This document shows positions 8,976 to 18,639 of a DNA stretch of 64,000 nt, in pieces. The translations under genes and the position numbers were made by a program. The notes beneath the pieces are model-generated. The model was not told the DNA's origin and searched no databases. It saw only the letters and a list, made by a program, of their open reading frames with translations. The stretch's first letter is position 1. Each line of letters begins with the position of its first letter. This stretch comes from an uncultured Gammaproteobacteria bacterium (GTDB lineage Bacteria; Patescibacteriota; Patescibacteriia; Patescibacteriales; WJLG01), in NCBI GenBank assembly GCA_964395625.1, contig CAYNAR010000005.1:6537-70536 (forward strand). Direction: 5' to 3'.

Positions 8976-10220
8976 ATGAAGATAATAAAAATAAGTTTTA
9001 TTTTAGCTGTAATAGTAGCTGTGCCGGTTTTTTTTATTAGCAAGAATAAGGCTAAAGATAATAAGAACGAGACTTTGCAGGTATCCGCATCACAAGAAGA
9101 AGTTCCAGTGCAAAAAGTGGAAGATAAAAGAATATATCTTGAAGTTAAAGAGAAGGACACTTACGGAAAGTTGATGGAAGATGCTGGTATGGGCGGTAAT
9201 ATGGCCAATGCCATATATGAAGCGGCGGAAAGTATATACGACCTCTCCAAGGTTCGTTTGGGCAAGTCTTTAGAATTTGTTTACGAAAAAGACACCTCAG
9301 AGCTTAAAGAATTAGTCTATAAGGTAGACTCCGAGGAAGAATTGTCCGTTAAGAATACTAAATTCTACCCCCAAGCCTCTTCTGGTGTTTCCTGGGTGGC
9401 GGAAAAAAGGAAAATCGCCTATGAGGTGAAATTGGTGGTGAAGGGTGGAGAGGTACAGAGTTCCATGTATCAAGCCGCTTTGGATAACGATATCGACGAG
9501 AGAGCTATTATCGAGTTGGCCGACGCCTTTCAGTGGTCTATAGACTTCGCCCTCGACCCAAGGGTCGGTGATGAGTTTAGGTTTGTATACGAGGAAAGAT
9601 ATCTTGATGGGAAATATGTGGCCCCTGGCAAAGTTTTGGCTGGTTACTATATAAACGCCGGTCAAAGATATGAGACCTATTATTTTCACGAGAGCGACGA
9701 CAATAAGGGTTATTTCGACGCCGAAGGTAATTCGGCGCAGAAGATGTTCTTAAAAGCCCCAGTCTCTTTTAAATATATATCGTCGGGATTCACTACCGGA
9801 TTGAGATATATCGAGGCCTTCAATGTGTCTACCGGACACAGAGCCGTGGATTATGCCGCGGCCAAAGGAACGCCTATTAGGGCTGTTGGAGATGGAGTTG
9901 TCACTTTTGCCGGCTGGAGTACTGTTGGCTACGGAAATTTAGTCTCTATAAGGCATAATGGCACATATTCCACTAATTATGCTCATCAATCAAAGATGGC
10001 AGTGAAAAAAGGCGATCATGTTAAACAAGGCCAAATCATTGGTTATGTAGGCTCTACCGGATTCTCGACCGGTCCGCATTTGCATTATGAGATGGTCAAG
10101 AATGGCGTAAAGATAAATCCTTTGGCCGAGGTTATGCCTCCTGGTCAGGCTATTAAGGATGAAAACAGGGAGAGGTTTGAAAAGGAAAAGGGGGAGTTGA
10201 TGGAAATGTTGAATGAATAG
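8976..10220 (+). CDS. M23 family metallopeptidase (LytM/NlpD/EnvC-like murein endopeptidase), N-terminally membrane-anchored
   Basis: C-terminal 'HRAVDYAA...GTPIRAVGDGVV...GYGNLVSIRH...YAHQS...GQIIGYVGSTGFSTGPHLHYE' is the classical M23 HxxxD...HxH domain. Start placed at ATG 8976 (MKIIKISFIL, TM helix) rather than the track's upstream TTG at 8913. Confidence 0.85.
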   Translation: MKIIKISFILAVIVAVPVFFISKNKAKDNKNETLQVSASQEEVPVQKVEDKRIYLEVKEKDTYGKLMEDAGMGGNMANAIYEAAESIYDLSKVRLGKSLEFVYEKDTSELKELVYKVDSEEELSVKNTKFYPQASSGVSWVAEKRKIAYEVKLVVKGGEVQSSMYQAALDNDIDERAIIELADAFQWSIDFALDPRVGDEFRFVYEERYLDGKYVAPGKVLAGYYINAGQRYETYYFHESDDNKGYFDAEGNSAQKMFLKAPVSFKYISSGFTTGLRYIEAFNVSTGHRAVDYAAAKGTPIRAVGDGVVTFAGWSTVGYGNLVSIRHNGTYSTNYAHQSKMAVKKGDHVKQGQIIGYVGSTGFSTGPHLHYEMVKNGVKINPLAEVMPPGQAIKDENRERFEKEKGELMEMLNE

Positions 10221-10247
10221 AGTTTAATCTTTTTTAGAGGTGTCTTT

Positions 10248-10775
10248 ATGGATTTTTCCTATATCATCAAGGAATCTCTGCGCGCTAAGCACTTGCGTTT
10301 AACCGTCACTAGGTTGGGCGAGGTTGTCGTCACTAAGCCGAAAAGGGCTCCATTGGCTTTGGTTGAAAGTTTTATTCGTGGCAATAAAGAGTGGGTATCG
10401 AAATATTTGGAGAAGGTCGCTGCCGAGAAAGCCGATAAATTGGTATTGCCGGATAAGAGCGACTTTTTGGCTAATCGTTATAAATTTCAAAGCCGTATCA
10501 GGGAGAAGATAGAGTGTATAAATAAATTGTACGGGTTTAAATATGGGTTGATTAGCGTCAATAATGCCAAAACCAGGCTCGGTAGTTGTTCTAGAATCGG
10601 CAGGCTTAACTTCAGCTATCGCCTTAGTGCTTATCCTGATGATATAATAGATTATGTCGTGGCTCATGAGCTTTGCCATTTAAAAGAGTTCAATCATTCT
10701 CGTCGTTTCTGGGATTTGGTGGCGTTGGCCATCCCGGATTATCGACAGAAAAGGAGGCTGATGAAAAAGTTGTGA
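10248..10775 (+). CDS. YgjP-like (DUF45/M48-like) metal-dependent hydrolase
   Basis: 'VVAHELCHLKEFNHSRRFWDLV' is an HExxH...H motif in a ~170-aa protein typical of the YgjP/DUF45 family. RBS AGAGG upstream. Confidence 0.75.
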   Translation: MDFSYIIKESLRAKHLRLTVTRLGEVVVTKPKRAPLALVESFIRGNKEWVSKYLEKVAAEKADKLVLPDKSDFLANRYKFQSRIREKIECINKLYGFKYGLISVNNAKTRLGSCSRIGRLNFSYRLSAYPDDIIDYVVAHELCHLKEFNHSRRFWDLVALAIPDYRQKRRLMKKL

Positions 10776-10850
10776 TTTTTTAGCCATTTTAAATGCTCTT
10801 GCCCATTTTTTTTAAAAAAGTTAATATATTAAAACATTAAGCTTAAAAAC

Positions 10851-11408
10851 ATGGAAACAAAACCAAATTTATTAAAGGCTATAGCCGGCGAGTCTATGGC
10901 TAGGAATAAGTATACGTATTTCGCTAAGATCGCGAACAAGGAAGGTTTAATATGGATATCGAAGGTGTTTGAAGAGACGGCTGATCAGGAGCGCGCTCAT
11001 GCCGAGGAGGAATTGGAGCAATTGGATAAGGTTACGGAAATGACTAATACTTACGACATACATCCGTTGGCCGGCACATTGGAGAATTTACGCAATGCGG
11101 CAGCTGGCGAGAAGTATGAATTCGAGGTGATGTATCCGACTTTCGAGAAAATCGCCAAAGAAGAGGGCGATGAGGCTGCAGCCACACTTTTCCATGAAAT
11201 AGCCGAAGTGGAGGAGAAGCATTATGAAAGATATGTCAAATTGGCGGATCGCTTGGAGGCCGGCAATCTTTTGAAAGGACAGAGCGAGGAGACGGAATGG
11301 AAATGTTTGAATTGCGGATATATACACAAAGGTTCGGAAGCTCCGCATGTTTGTCCGGTGTGCAAAAAACCGCAAGGCTGGTATATGCAGATCGGTTTTG
11401 TTAGATAG
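10851..11408 (+). CDS. Rubrerythrin
   Basis: Ferritin-like di-iron E...ExxH motifs (ERAHAEEE / EEKHYERY) plus a C-terminal rubredoxin-like 'CLNCGY...CPVCKKP' centre. Confidence 0.9.
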   Translation: METKPNLLKAIAGESMARNKYTYFAKIANKEGLIWISKVFEETADQERAHAEEELEQLDKVTEMTNTYDIHPLAGTLENLRNAAAGEKYEFEVMYPTFEKIAKEEGDEAAATLFHEIAEVEEKHYERYVKLADRLEAGNLLKGQSEETEWKCLNCGYIHKGSEAPHVCPVCKKPQGWYMQIGFVR

Positions 11409-11455
11409 ATTAAATACCCTTAGGGGTTTTTATAAAAATAATTTAAAAAACGAGT

Positions 11456-11647
11456 ATGTTTTTTGATCCAAACGAAGAAGATTTAGAAGATGACGTCGCC
11501 ATCGAAGAAGGTGGTGATGAATATGCCAGCGATGATACGGACGATGGCGATGATGCCGACTCCGATAATGACATCGATGTTAGCGATGATGCTGATTTCT
11601 CGGACGACTCCTCTGATGAGGAAGAAGATGAGGATGATGAATTCTAG
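11456..11647 (+). CDS. Extremely acidic 63-aa protein (about 60% D/E), possible DNA-mimic-like protein
   Basis: ORF 'MFFDPNEEDLEDDVAIEEGGDEYASDDTDDGDDADSDNDIDVSDDADFSDDSSDEEEDEDDEF' with its own intrinsic terminator immediately downstream. Low-complexity, so coding status uncertain. Confidence 0.4.
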   Translation: MFFDPNEEDLEDDVAIEEGGDEYASDDTDDGDDADSDNDIDVSDDADFSDDSSDEEEDEDDEF

Positions 11648-11659
11648 TCTATTTACGGT

Positions 11660-11691
11660 CGCCTCGCTTTTATAGCGGGGCGATTTTTTTA
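11660..11691 (+). terminator. Rho-independent terminator
   Basis: CGCCUCGC-UUUUAUA-GCGGGGCG (8-bp stem with one G:U) followed by AUUUUUUU. Confidence 0.6.
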
Positions 11692-11720
11692 TTTTGATTT
11701 TTTATGATATGATTTAAAAT

Positions 11721-12365
11721 ATGTTTGAGCATTTTTTGGCCGGTGAATTAGTTTTTTTAATTATCGGTTACTATCTTGGTTTTGATATTACCCCGACTTT
11801 TCTGATGTTCGGTGCTTTTTGTGGTTTTTTTCCGGATTTATTGAGTTATTTTTTAAACAAGCGCATTAATTATGGGCGCTGGTACCATTCTCATCGCGAT
11901 AATTTCTCCCATTCCGTTTTTTTGCCTTTGCTAATATTTTTCGCCACGGCTTTTTGGTTGGGGTGGAAGATGTCTTTATTAGTATCTTTGGCCATAATGA
12001 CGCATCCATTGTTGGATCTTTATGGCATAGGTTGGGGCGTAAAGTTGTTTTTACCTCTATCGGACAATATATATAAAGTTTTTTATCACAAAAAGATTGT
12101 CTATACTTTCGATAACGACGAGGAGCGCAATGCGAGGATTAAGAAGCATCAGACCGATGATTGGGTAAAGAGGATATATTTTCAACCCTGGAAGGTTTTG
12201 TCTTTTCCGAAGAGAGGACAAATAGAAAAGGTGAGAAACAGCCTTGAGAATGGCGGTAAGAATTTCTTTAGTCCTTGGATAGTCTGGTCGGTCCCGCGTT
12301 GGTGGGGGATAATGGAATGGTTGAGTCTTGTCTTCGCTATTTGGTTGATTTTCGGTTTAATATAA
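11721..12365 (+). CDS. Membrane-bound metal-dependent hydrolase, YdjM/DUF457-like
   Basis: Four or five predicted TM helices with conserved His residues (HSHRDNFSHS, MTHPLLD) as in the LexA-regulated YdjM family. Family call from memory. Confidence 0.5.
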   Translation: MFEHFLAGELVFLIIGYYLGFDITPTFLMFGAFCGFFPDLLSYFLNKRINYGRWYHSHRDNFSHSVFLPLLIFFATAFWLGWKMSLLVSLAIMTHPLLDLYGIGWGVKLFLPLSDNIYKVFYHKKIVYTFDNDEERNARIKKHQTDDWVKRIYFQPWKVLSFPKRGQIEKVRNSLENGGKNFFSPWIVWSVPRWWGIMEWLSLVFAIWLIFGLI

Positions 12366-12371
12366 TTTTTT

Positions 12372-12833
12372 ATGTTCGATGTGAGAATAATAGCCGTGGA
12401 TAGTGTTAGAAATAACGATTTATCTGGGGCTATAAGTGAGTATCTGACACGACTGAGGCCTTATGCTTCGGTGAAGGTGGAGGAGGTTAAGCCTGAACCA
12501 TTTTCTGTTGGTACGAAGGAAAAAGCTAAAAAAATAGAAGGGGAGAGACTCGAGAAGCTTCTTTCTAAACATTCGAGGGAGTCGGTGCATCTTTTGCATG
12601 AGAAAGGACAAGAGTTCACTTCCGAGGATTTTGCTCAAAAAATAGAGGCCGCCAACGGGCATGCCGTGTTCGTTATAGGTGGTGCGTTGGGTTTTTCTCA
12701 GGAATTGCTTGAAAAATATCATCAAATATCCTTATCCAGAATGACTTTTCCTCATGAATTGGCGAGGTTGGTCCTCTTGGAGCAGATTTATCGCGCCGCT
12801 ACGATAGTTAGGGGTAAGGAATATCATTATTAA
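12372..12833 (+). CDS. rlmH: 23S rRNA (pseudouridine1915-N3)-methyltransferase
   Basis: ~153-aa SPOUT-fold protein. 'HAVFVIGGALGFSQELLEKYHQISLSRMTFPHELARLVLLEQIYRA' matches the RlmH C-terminal signature. Confidence 0.85.
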   Translation: MFDVRIIAVDSVRNNDLSGAISEYLTRLRPYASVKVEEVKPEPFSVGTKEKAKKIEGERLEKLLSKHSRESVHLLHEKGQEFTSEDFAQKIEAANGHAVFVIGGALGFSQELLEKYHQISLSRMTFPHELARLVLLEQIYRAATIVRGKEYHY

Positions 12834-12853
12834 AATAATTTATCCACTGTTTT

Positions 12854-14098
12854 TTGTCATTTGGCATTGTTATAATACCGAGTATGGAAAATTTCATTAA
12901 AAATTATCCGCGTCGCATAGGTATAGACGGTCGTTTCTATGGTCCTCTAGGGAAAGGTCTTGGCAGATATATACAAGAGATTGTGGATAATATTATAAAG
13001 ATAGATCAAAAGAACGAGTATGTGGTTTTTTTGAGTAAGGAGAATTTTGACGAGCTGAAAGTAACGAGTCCGCTGGTAAAAAAGGTTTTGGCTAACGTCA
13101 AATGGTATTCCTGGCAAGAGCAGCTTCTTATGCCTTTCCTGATTTTAAAGGAGGGGGTTGATTTGATGCATTTTCCGCATTTCAACGTGCCGATATTCTG
13201 TCCTACAAAATTCGTCGTCACCATACACGATTTGATTTTGACTCGTTTTCCAACGGTTCGTGCCAGCACTTTAGCTCCTTGGTTTTACAAATTGAAGAAT
13301 TTAGCATATCAGGCGGTTATATTTTTAGCCATAAAACGTTCCGAGAAGGTTATCGCGGTTTCGAATTTTACCAAAAGCGATATTGTGGAAAAGTTTAAAA
13401 TTAAGCCCTCGAAGATAGAAGTGACATATGAAGGTGTCACTAATTTGGCGCGAGAAAACGATTCTTTGTTCGTTAAAAAAGTCGATGACAAGGATGTCCT
13501 TTTAAGGTATAATATAACTACGCAAGAAGAGCGAGATGGGGATAAATTCATTCTTTATGTCGGCAATGTCTATCCCCATAAAAATTTAGAGAGTTTGTTG
13601 TCCGTTTTTTCCGGTTTTTGCAAGAAGTATCCGAATTATAGTCTAGTTTTGGTTGGTCGCGAAGATTATTTTTACAAAAGATTGAAAGATCGAGCAAAGG
13701 AGTTGAATCTTTGGCACGATGGTAACAGTAATAATCCAGTGATTTTCCCTGGCTACGTTCCCGACAGGGACTTGGAGGTTCTATATCGGTTGGCCGATTT
13801 TTATATTTTTCCGTCGCGCTATGAAGGGTTTGGTTTGCCACCGCTCGAGGCTATGTCCAAAGGATGTCCGGTAACGAGCTCCAATCAATCTTGCCTTCCC
13901 GAGATACTAGGGGATGCGGCACTGTATTTTGACCCGGATGACAAGTCTGATATTTTTGAAAAAATGGAAAGAATGGTTAGTGATGTGGAATTAAAGGATG
14001 TTTTAAGGAAGAAGGGGTACAGACAAGTTAAGCGGTATGATTGGTGGGAATGCGCTAGGCGTACGCTTAAAATATACGAGAGTGTTTTATTAAAATAA
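12854..14098 (+). CDS. Glycosyltransferase family 4 (GT-B, GT1 superfamily)
   Basis: C-terminal 'PSRYEGFGLPPLEAMSKGCPVTSSN' is the EX7E-type GT4 motif. Confidence 0.85.
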   Translation: MSFGIVIIPSMENFIKNYPRRIGIDGRFYGPLGKGLGRYIQEIVDNIIKIDQKNEYVVFLSKENFDELKVTSPLVKKVLANVKWYSWQEQLLMPFLILKEGVDLMHFPHFNVPIFCPTKFVVTIHDLILTRFPTVRASTLAPWFYKLKNLAYQAVIFLAIKRSEKVIAVSNFTKSDIVEKFKIKPSKIEVTYEGVTNLARENDSLFVKKVDDKDVLLRYNITTQEERDGDKFILYVGNVYPHKNLESLLSVFSGFCKKYPNYSLVLVGREDYFYKRLKDRAKELNLWHDGNSNNPVIFPGYVPDRDLEVLYRLADFYIFPSRYEGFGLPPLEAMSKGCPVTSSNQSCLPEILGDAALYFDPDDKSDIFEKMERMVSDVELKDVLRKKGYRQVKRYDWWECARRTLKIYESVLLK

Positions 14099-16638
14099 TG
14101 TTTTTAAAGGAAAAAGAAAATAAAAACGAGGTGTTTTTGGCACAGAGATCTATTGGAAGGGTTGTTGATCTAAGGAAGAAGGTTTTAGATTGCGTTAACG
14201 ACGAAGTTGCGCCTATTTGTCGTAAAGAAAAGAAGTTGAGGGCAAGAATCTTCGGCGCTAAGGGAAAAAAGCTTGATTTGCTTAAACCTTATCTTTTATT
14301 GGAAAAGAAGGACGAATTTATCGACAAGGAATTAATGGTCGAGGATTTGGATGAGAGGGAGGAGGCGCGTAAACACAGTCTTTTGACTCGTTTTTTCGGG
14401 TTTATTACGGGTGCTGCCAAATTTTGGTGGTTACCGATTTTTGTTATTAGACCGATCTGGAGATTGATTTGGAGAGTGAGGCGTGGGGATTTTGTCGGTG
14501 ATAAGGTTTTTTATAAAAAAGTAAGGAATCAAAAAGGTAATGACCGGAGAAGCGGCTTTTTTTATCCTTTTAAGCCTTTTAAACCTTTTAAACATGTCAT
14601 ATCCTTTTTAGTCGTGTCTTTGCTGGTGATCATTCCGATAAAAGTTTTCGGTTATTACAAAATTGTCGATATCGATAGTTTTAAAAGTAAGATGTTCGGA
14701 ATAGGGGGGAGTGGGCTCGAGAATCTTGGTTCTGCCGCCGATGCCGCCTCAATATTTAAACTTAACGCGGCCGCGGCTAGTTTTTCTTCGGCTAAAAATG
14801 ATTTCGCTAGGGCGGGAGAAGAGATGGGTAAGATAAATTCTCTTTTACTCGAAGCTGGAAAATTAGTACCTAATAAGAAAGTTCGTCTTGCCTCCTATGG
14901 TAAGGATTTCGCGGTTGCCGCGGAGTCAGCCGCTTCTTTGGGGGAAAATCTTTCCTTAGCTGCCAACTCTTTCTTTTCGGGGAAAGATAAGAAATTTTCG
15001 GAGATGGTGGAAGATTTTATTCGATATGAGCGCGCCGCTTCCGCTGACGCCACCAAACTGAATGATTCTTTATCTAGAATAGATTCTAAAGTTCTTCCCA
15101 AGGAGTATAGTGAGATTTTTGATAGAATAAAGGAAATATCCACCGATCTTGCCATGTTGATCGATAGTTCTTGCGATGCCGCTTCAAAAATAAATATATT
15201 TTTAGGGGCCGAAAAGGACAAACGCTATTTATTTGTTTTCCAAAATAACAGCGAAATGAGGGCTTCAGGCGGTTTTATAGGTAGTTTTGCCTTAGTAGAT
15301 TTTTCTCAAGGCAAAATAAAGAATATAGAGGTTCCTGAGGGTGGTAGCTATGATACTGAAGGTGGGCTCAGGGATTTTGTCACTGCGCCGGAGCCTTTGT
15401 GGCTTGTGAATCCTTTGTGGCATTTTTGGGATGCCAATTGGTGGCCAGATTGGAAGAAGAGTGCTCAAAAGTTGTCTTGGTTCTATGAGAAGAGCGATGG
15501 TCCGAGTGTGGATGGTGTAATATCCTTCACTCCGACTGTTTTGGAGAGGATATTGAAAGTTATCGGTCCTATAGATATGACCGAGGAGTACGGTGTCATT
15601 ATGGATTCTGACAATCTGTGGTTTAATCTGCGAGACATAATAGAGAAGGAAAAGGCTCAAGACTTAAAGATTTCCAACGAGGTTGCGGAAAAGAAGCCTA
15701 AAAGGGTGGTTGGTGATTTATTGAGGAAGATTATGGAGGAAATGCCGAAACGTTTGGATAAGGATAAATTCATCCAGCTTACCATGGTCTTGAATGATAG
15801 CTTGAATGATAAACAAGTTTTGTTTTATTTCGAGAATGAGGATTTACAGAAAGAAGCCGAGAAAAGAAATTGGGCGGGTAGAATTAAGGATACCGGAAAA
15901 GATTATTTGAGTGTCGTCAATACTAATATAGCTGGGGGTAAGAGTGATGGCAAAATGGAGGAAAAAATCAGTCATGAAGCTAAGGTTATGGAGGACGGTT
16001 CAATAATAGATACATTAATAATAAAAAAGAAGCATTTAGGCGTCGATGGAGAGCCTTATTTTGGCGTGCGCAATGTGAATTGGATGAGGGTCTATGTTCC
16101 CGAGGGTAGCGTCTTGCTAGAAGCTTCTGGGTTTAGAGGGCCAGATCCTATATATTTCGATTATCCTAGCGATGAATGGGGTGTCGATATTGACGTTGAG
16201 GAAGAGAATGGTGAAAATGCCGAAATAGATAGAAAGAATTTGAACACTAAGATATATAAAGAGAGCGGTAAAACGGTTTTTGCCAATTGGGTTATGGTGG
16301 ACCCGGGGCAGGAGGTCGTTATAAAGATAAAATATAAATTGCCTTTTAAGTTCGAGAAAAAGAGTCTTTATAGTGAAAAGAAGACGATTTTCGACGAGTT
16401 TATAGAGAAGGCCACGAAGACTAAGAAGAAAGATTTGTATATCTATTCGTTCATGGCTCAAAAGCAACCGGGAATGATATCTTCCTCTATAGAGTCTGAG
16501 TTCATCCCACCAGCGGAGTTCTCCACTGTTTGGAGCTATCCGGAGTCTTCCGGTGTTAAGGCTGGTTGGGTTGTGGATGAAAAATTTGATAGCGACAAAT
16601 ATTGGGCCTTGATGTTGGAAAGAGTGGATTCAGAATAA
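14098..16638 (+). CDS. Large membrane-anchored extracytoplasmic protein, DUF4012-like
   Basis: 846 aa with two N-terminal hydrophobic segments. Central 'YLFVFQNNSEMRASGGFIGSFALVDF...WLVNPLWHFWDANWWPDW' region matches what I recall of DUF4012; the family call is tentative. Tandem PFKPFKPFK repeat near 14565-14595. Confidence 0.55.
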   Translation: MFLKEKENKNEVFLAQRSIGRVVDLRKKVLDCVNDEVAPICRKEKKLRARIFGAKGKKLDLLKPYLLLEKKDEFIDKELMVEDLDEREEARKHSLLTRFFGFITGAAKFWWLPIFVIRPIWRLIWRVRRGDFVGDKVFYKKVRNQKGNDRRSGFFYPFKPFKPFKHVISFLVVSLLVIIPIKVFGYYKIVDIDSFKSKMFGIGGSGLENLGSAADAASIFKLNAAAASFSSAKNDFARAGEEMGKINSLLLEAGKLVPNKKVRLASYGKDFAVAAESAASLGENLSLAANSFFSGKDKKFSEMVEDFIRYERAASADATKLNDSLSRIDSKVLPKEYSEIFDRIKEISTDLAMLIDSSCDAASKINIFLGAEKDKRYLFVFQNNSEMRASGGFIGSFALVDFSQGKIKNIEVPEGGSYDTEGGLRDFVTAPEPLWLVNPLWHFWDANWWPDWKKSAQKLSWFYEKSDGPSVDGVISFTPTVLERILKVIGPIDMTEEYGVIMDSDNLWFNLRDIIEKEKAQDLKISNEVAEKKPKRVVGDLLRKIMEEMPKRLDKDKFIQLTMVLNDSLNDKQVLFYFENEDLQKEAEKRNWAGRIKDTGKDYLSVVNTNIAGGKSDGKMEEKISHEAKVMEDGSIIDTLIIKKKHLGVDGEPYFGVRNVNWMRVYVPEGSVLLEASGFRGPDPIYFDYPSDEWGVDIDVEEENGENAEIDRKNLNTKIYKESGKTVFANWVMVDPGQEVVIKIKYKLPFKFEKKSLYSEKKTIFDEFIEKATKTKKKDLYIYSFMAQKQPGMISSSIESEFIPPAEFSTVWSYPESSGVKAGWVVDEKFDSDKYWALMLERVDSE

Positions 16639-16642
16639 AAAT

Positions 16643-18634
16643 ATGGCAAATAAGATAAGAATCGAAAAACAAAAAGAAAGCGATGATGTTGGGAGTACTT
16701 CCGATGATTTTGTTAATGTGAGAGGGCGGGTTTCCAATGATGCGGAATCCCACCGCGAGGAAGAGATAGAAAAAAGCTTGGAAGAGATCTATCGCGATAA
16801 GGATGGTAAGAAGATCGATGTCGACAGGATAAACATAAATCGTCGCCAAGGTTTTATTTTTTGGTTTTTCAATCTCATAGTGTTTAGTTTAATAGCTATA
16901 GTCATAGGTCTTGGCGTTTATTACTATTTTGTCTATGGCAAGGTCGGTGATTCCTCATCATTGGATCTCAATGTCAAATGTCCGGAGGATGTGGTGTCTG
17001 GCGAGGAGTTTAAGTGCTACTTTACTTATAAAAATCCAGAATATGTGGCACTGAAGAACGTCACACTGTCTTTAAGCTATTCCGAAGATTTCATTTTTAT
17101 TTCCGGGCAACCACAAGCTTCCGGCGGACAGAATAATTGGGATATAGGACGAATAGAGGCTAAAAGCGAGGGGGTTGTTGAAATTATAGGCAAGATAATA
17201 GATAAAACCAAATCATCGTCGGTCATCCTGGCCAAAATGTCTTATGTGCCTGAGAATTTTTCCAGCGAGTTCAAGAAAGAGGCGTCTGCCACTATAAACA
17301 CTCGTAGTATAGGTTTCGATGCCAGTTTTAATTATTCGAATACGGCCTTAATCAATCAACAGGGGGAGATTAAAATCGATTTTACGCCATTGGAGAAAAA
17401 CTATTTTTCCGATTTTATAATTCGTCTAGAGAGAAGTGATAATTTTGAGATAAAAAACACTATAGTCAGTGGAAGGAGGCAGGGTGATAAGACGCCTCAG
17501 CCTAAGTTTAAAATAGAAAAGATTAAGGAAGAGGCTGTGGACTCTTGGATGGTTTCCGGTTTAGAAAAGGCTGAAAATTTCGAAATAATATACAAAGTCA
17601 AGGAGAAGAGCAATGAAAAGGAGAATTTGAAAATAAGCTTCGAACAGAATATTGGCGGAAAAAGATATGTTTTTCTGGAAAAGCCCATCGTTTTGGATTT
17701 AATGAAGAGCGATCTTAACCTTTCCTTGATAATGAATGGTTCACAGTCCGATAAGCCGGTTAACTTTGGCGATCGCCTTAACTATTCCATCGCTTACTCC
17801 AATAGGGGCGAGACGGCCTTGAAGGATGTCGCTATAACGGTCGCTTTAGATGGTGATTTTGTAGATTGGACGACATTGCAAGACAAAAACAAGGGGCGCG
17901 AGAAGGGGAATACGATAACTTGGACAAGTGATGAGTTGACAGCTTTGAAGGATATCGATGTTAACGAGAGCGGTTCGATAGATTTTTCTGTGGATGTCTT
18001 GCCTTTTTCGGAAAGCGATCTTTCTAAGGATTTTCAGATAAAGGCATTCGCTCAGTACAATATAAATAATTCCGGTGACGACGTCGGATCTTCAAGTGCT
18101 TCGATTGGGGCACAGGATAATCGTAGCAACACCATAACCAGTCTTATAAATAGTGATTTTAGCTTCAAGGAGGAGGCTCGCTATTTCGACGAGGACAATC
18201 TTCCCGTCGGCAACGGTCCTTTACCGCCGAAGGTTGGCGAAAAGACCAGTTTTAAAATATATTGGACCATAAATAATAATTTACACGATCTTAATGAGGT
18301 TTCAGTGGAGACCGTATTGCCAATAGGCGTAGAGTGGGATAGTCATAATCGCACTTCCGTCGGCACACTATCCTATGACGAGTCGAATAGGAAGGTCTAT
18401 TGGCAGATAGGTAGGTTGCCGATAACGGTTTTTAGGGCTGACGCCGAATTCAACATTTCTATTACCCCAAGCGATGAGAATAGAAATAAAATAATGGTTT
18501 TATTAGTTAATAGCAAGACGAGTGCTGTAGACGCCAAAACAGGTTCTTCTCTTGAGAAAATGGTCAAGGGTCAAACGACCAAATTGGATAGCGACGATAT
18601 CGCCAATATGTCGTCAGATGGTTTGGTGCGTTAG
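16643..18634 (+). CDS. Membrane-anchored protein with DUF11-type ('conserved repeat domain') repeats
   Basis: TM helix (FIFWFFNLIVFSLIAIVIGLGVYYYF). Two segments ('PEDVVSGEEFKCYFTYKNPEYVALKNVTLSLSY', 'PVNFGDRLNYSIAYSNRGETALKDVAITVAL') fit the DUF11 repeat pattern. Confidence 0.55.
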   Translation: MANKIRIEKQKESDDVGSTSDDFVNVRGRVSNDAESHREEEIEKSLEEIYRDKDGKKIDVDRININRRQGFIFWFFNLIVFSLIAIVIGLGVYYYFVYGKVGDSSSLDLNVKCPEDVVSGEEFKCYFTYKNPEYVALKNVTLSLSYSEDFIFISGQPQASGGQNNWDIGRIEAKSEGVVEIIGKIIDKTKSSSVILAKMSYVPENFSSEFKKEASATINTRSIGFDASFNYSNTALINQQGEIKIDFTPLEKNYFSDFIIRLERSDNFEIKNTIVSGRRQGDKTPQPKFKIEKIKEEAVDSWMVSGLEKAENFEIIYKVKEKSNEKENLKISFEQNIGGKRYVFLEKPIVLDLMKSDLNLSLIMNGSQSDKPVNFGDRLNYSIAYSNRGETALKDVAITVALDGDFVDWTTLQDKNKGREKGNTITWTSDELTALKDIDVNESGSIDFSVDVLPFSESDLSKDFQIKAFAQYNINNSGDDVGSSSASIGAQDNRSNTITSLINSDFSFKEEARYFDEDNLPVGNGPLPPKVGEKTSFKIYWTINNNLHDLNEVSVETVLPIGVEWDSHNRTSVGTLSYDESNRKVYWQIGRLPITVFRADAEFNISITPSDENRNKIMVLLVNSKTSAVDAKTGSSLEKMVKGQTTKLDSDDIANMSSDGLVR

Positions 18635-18639
18635 TTTTT

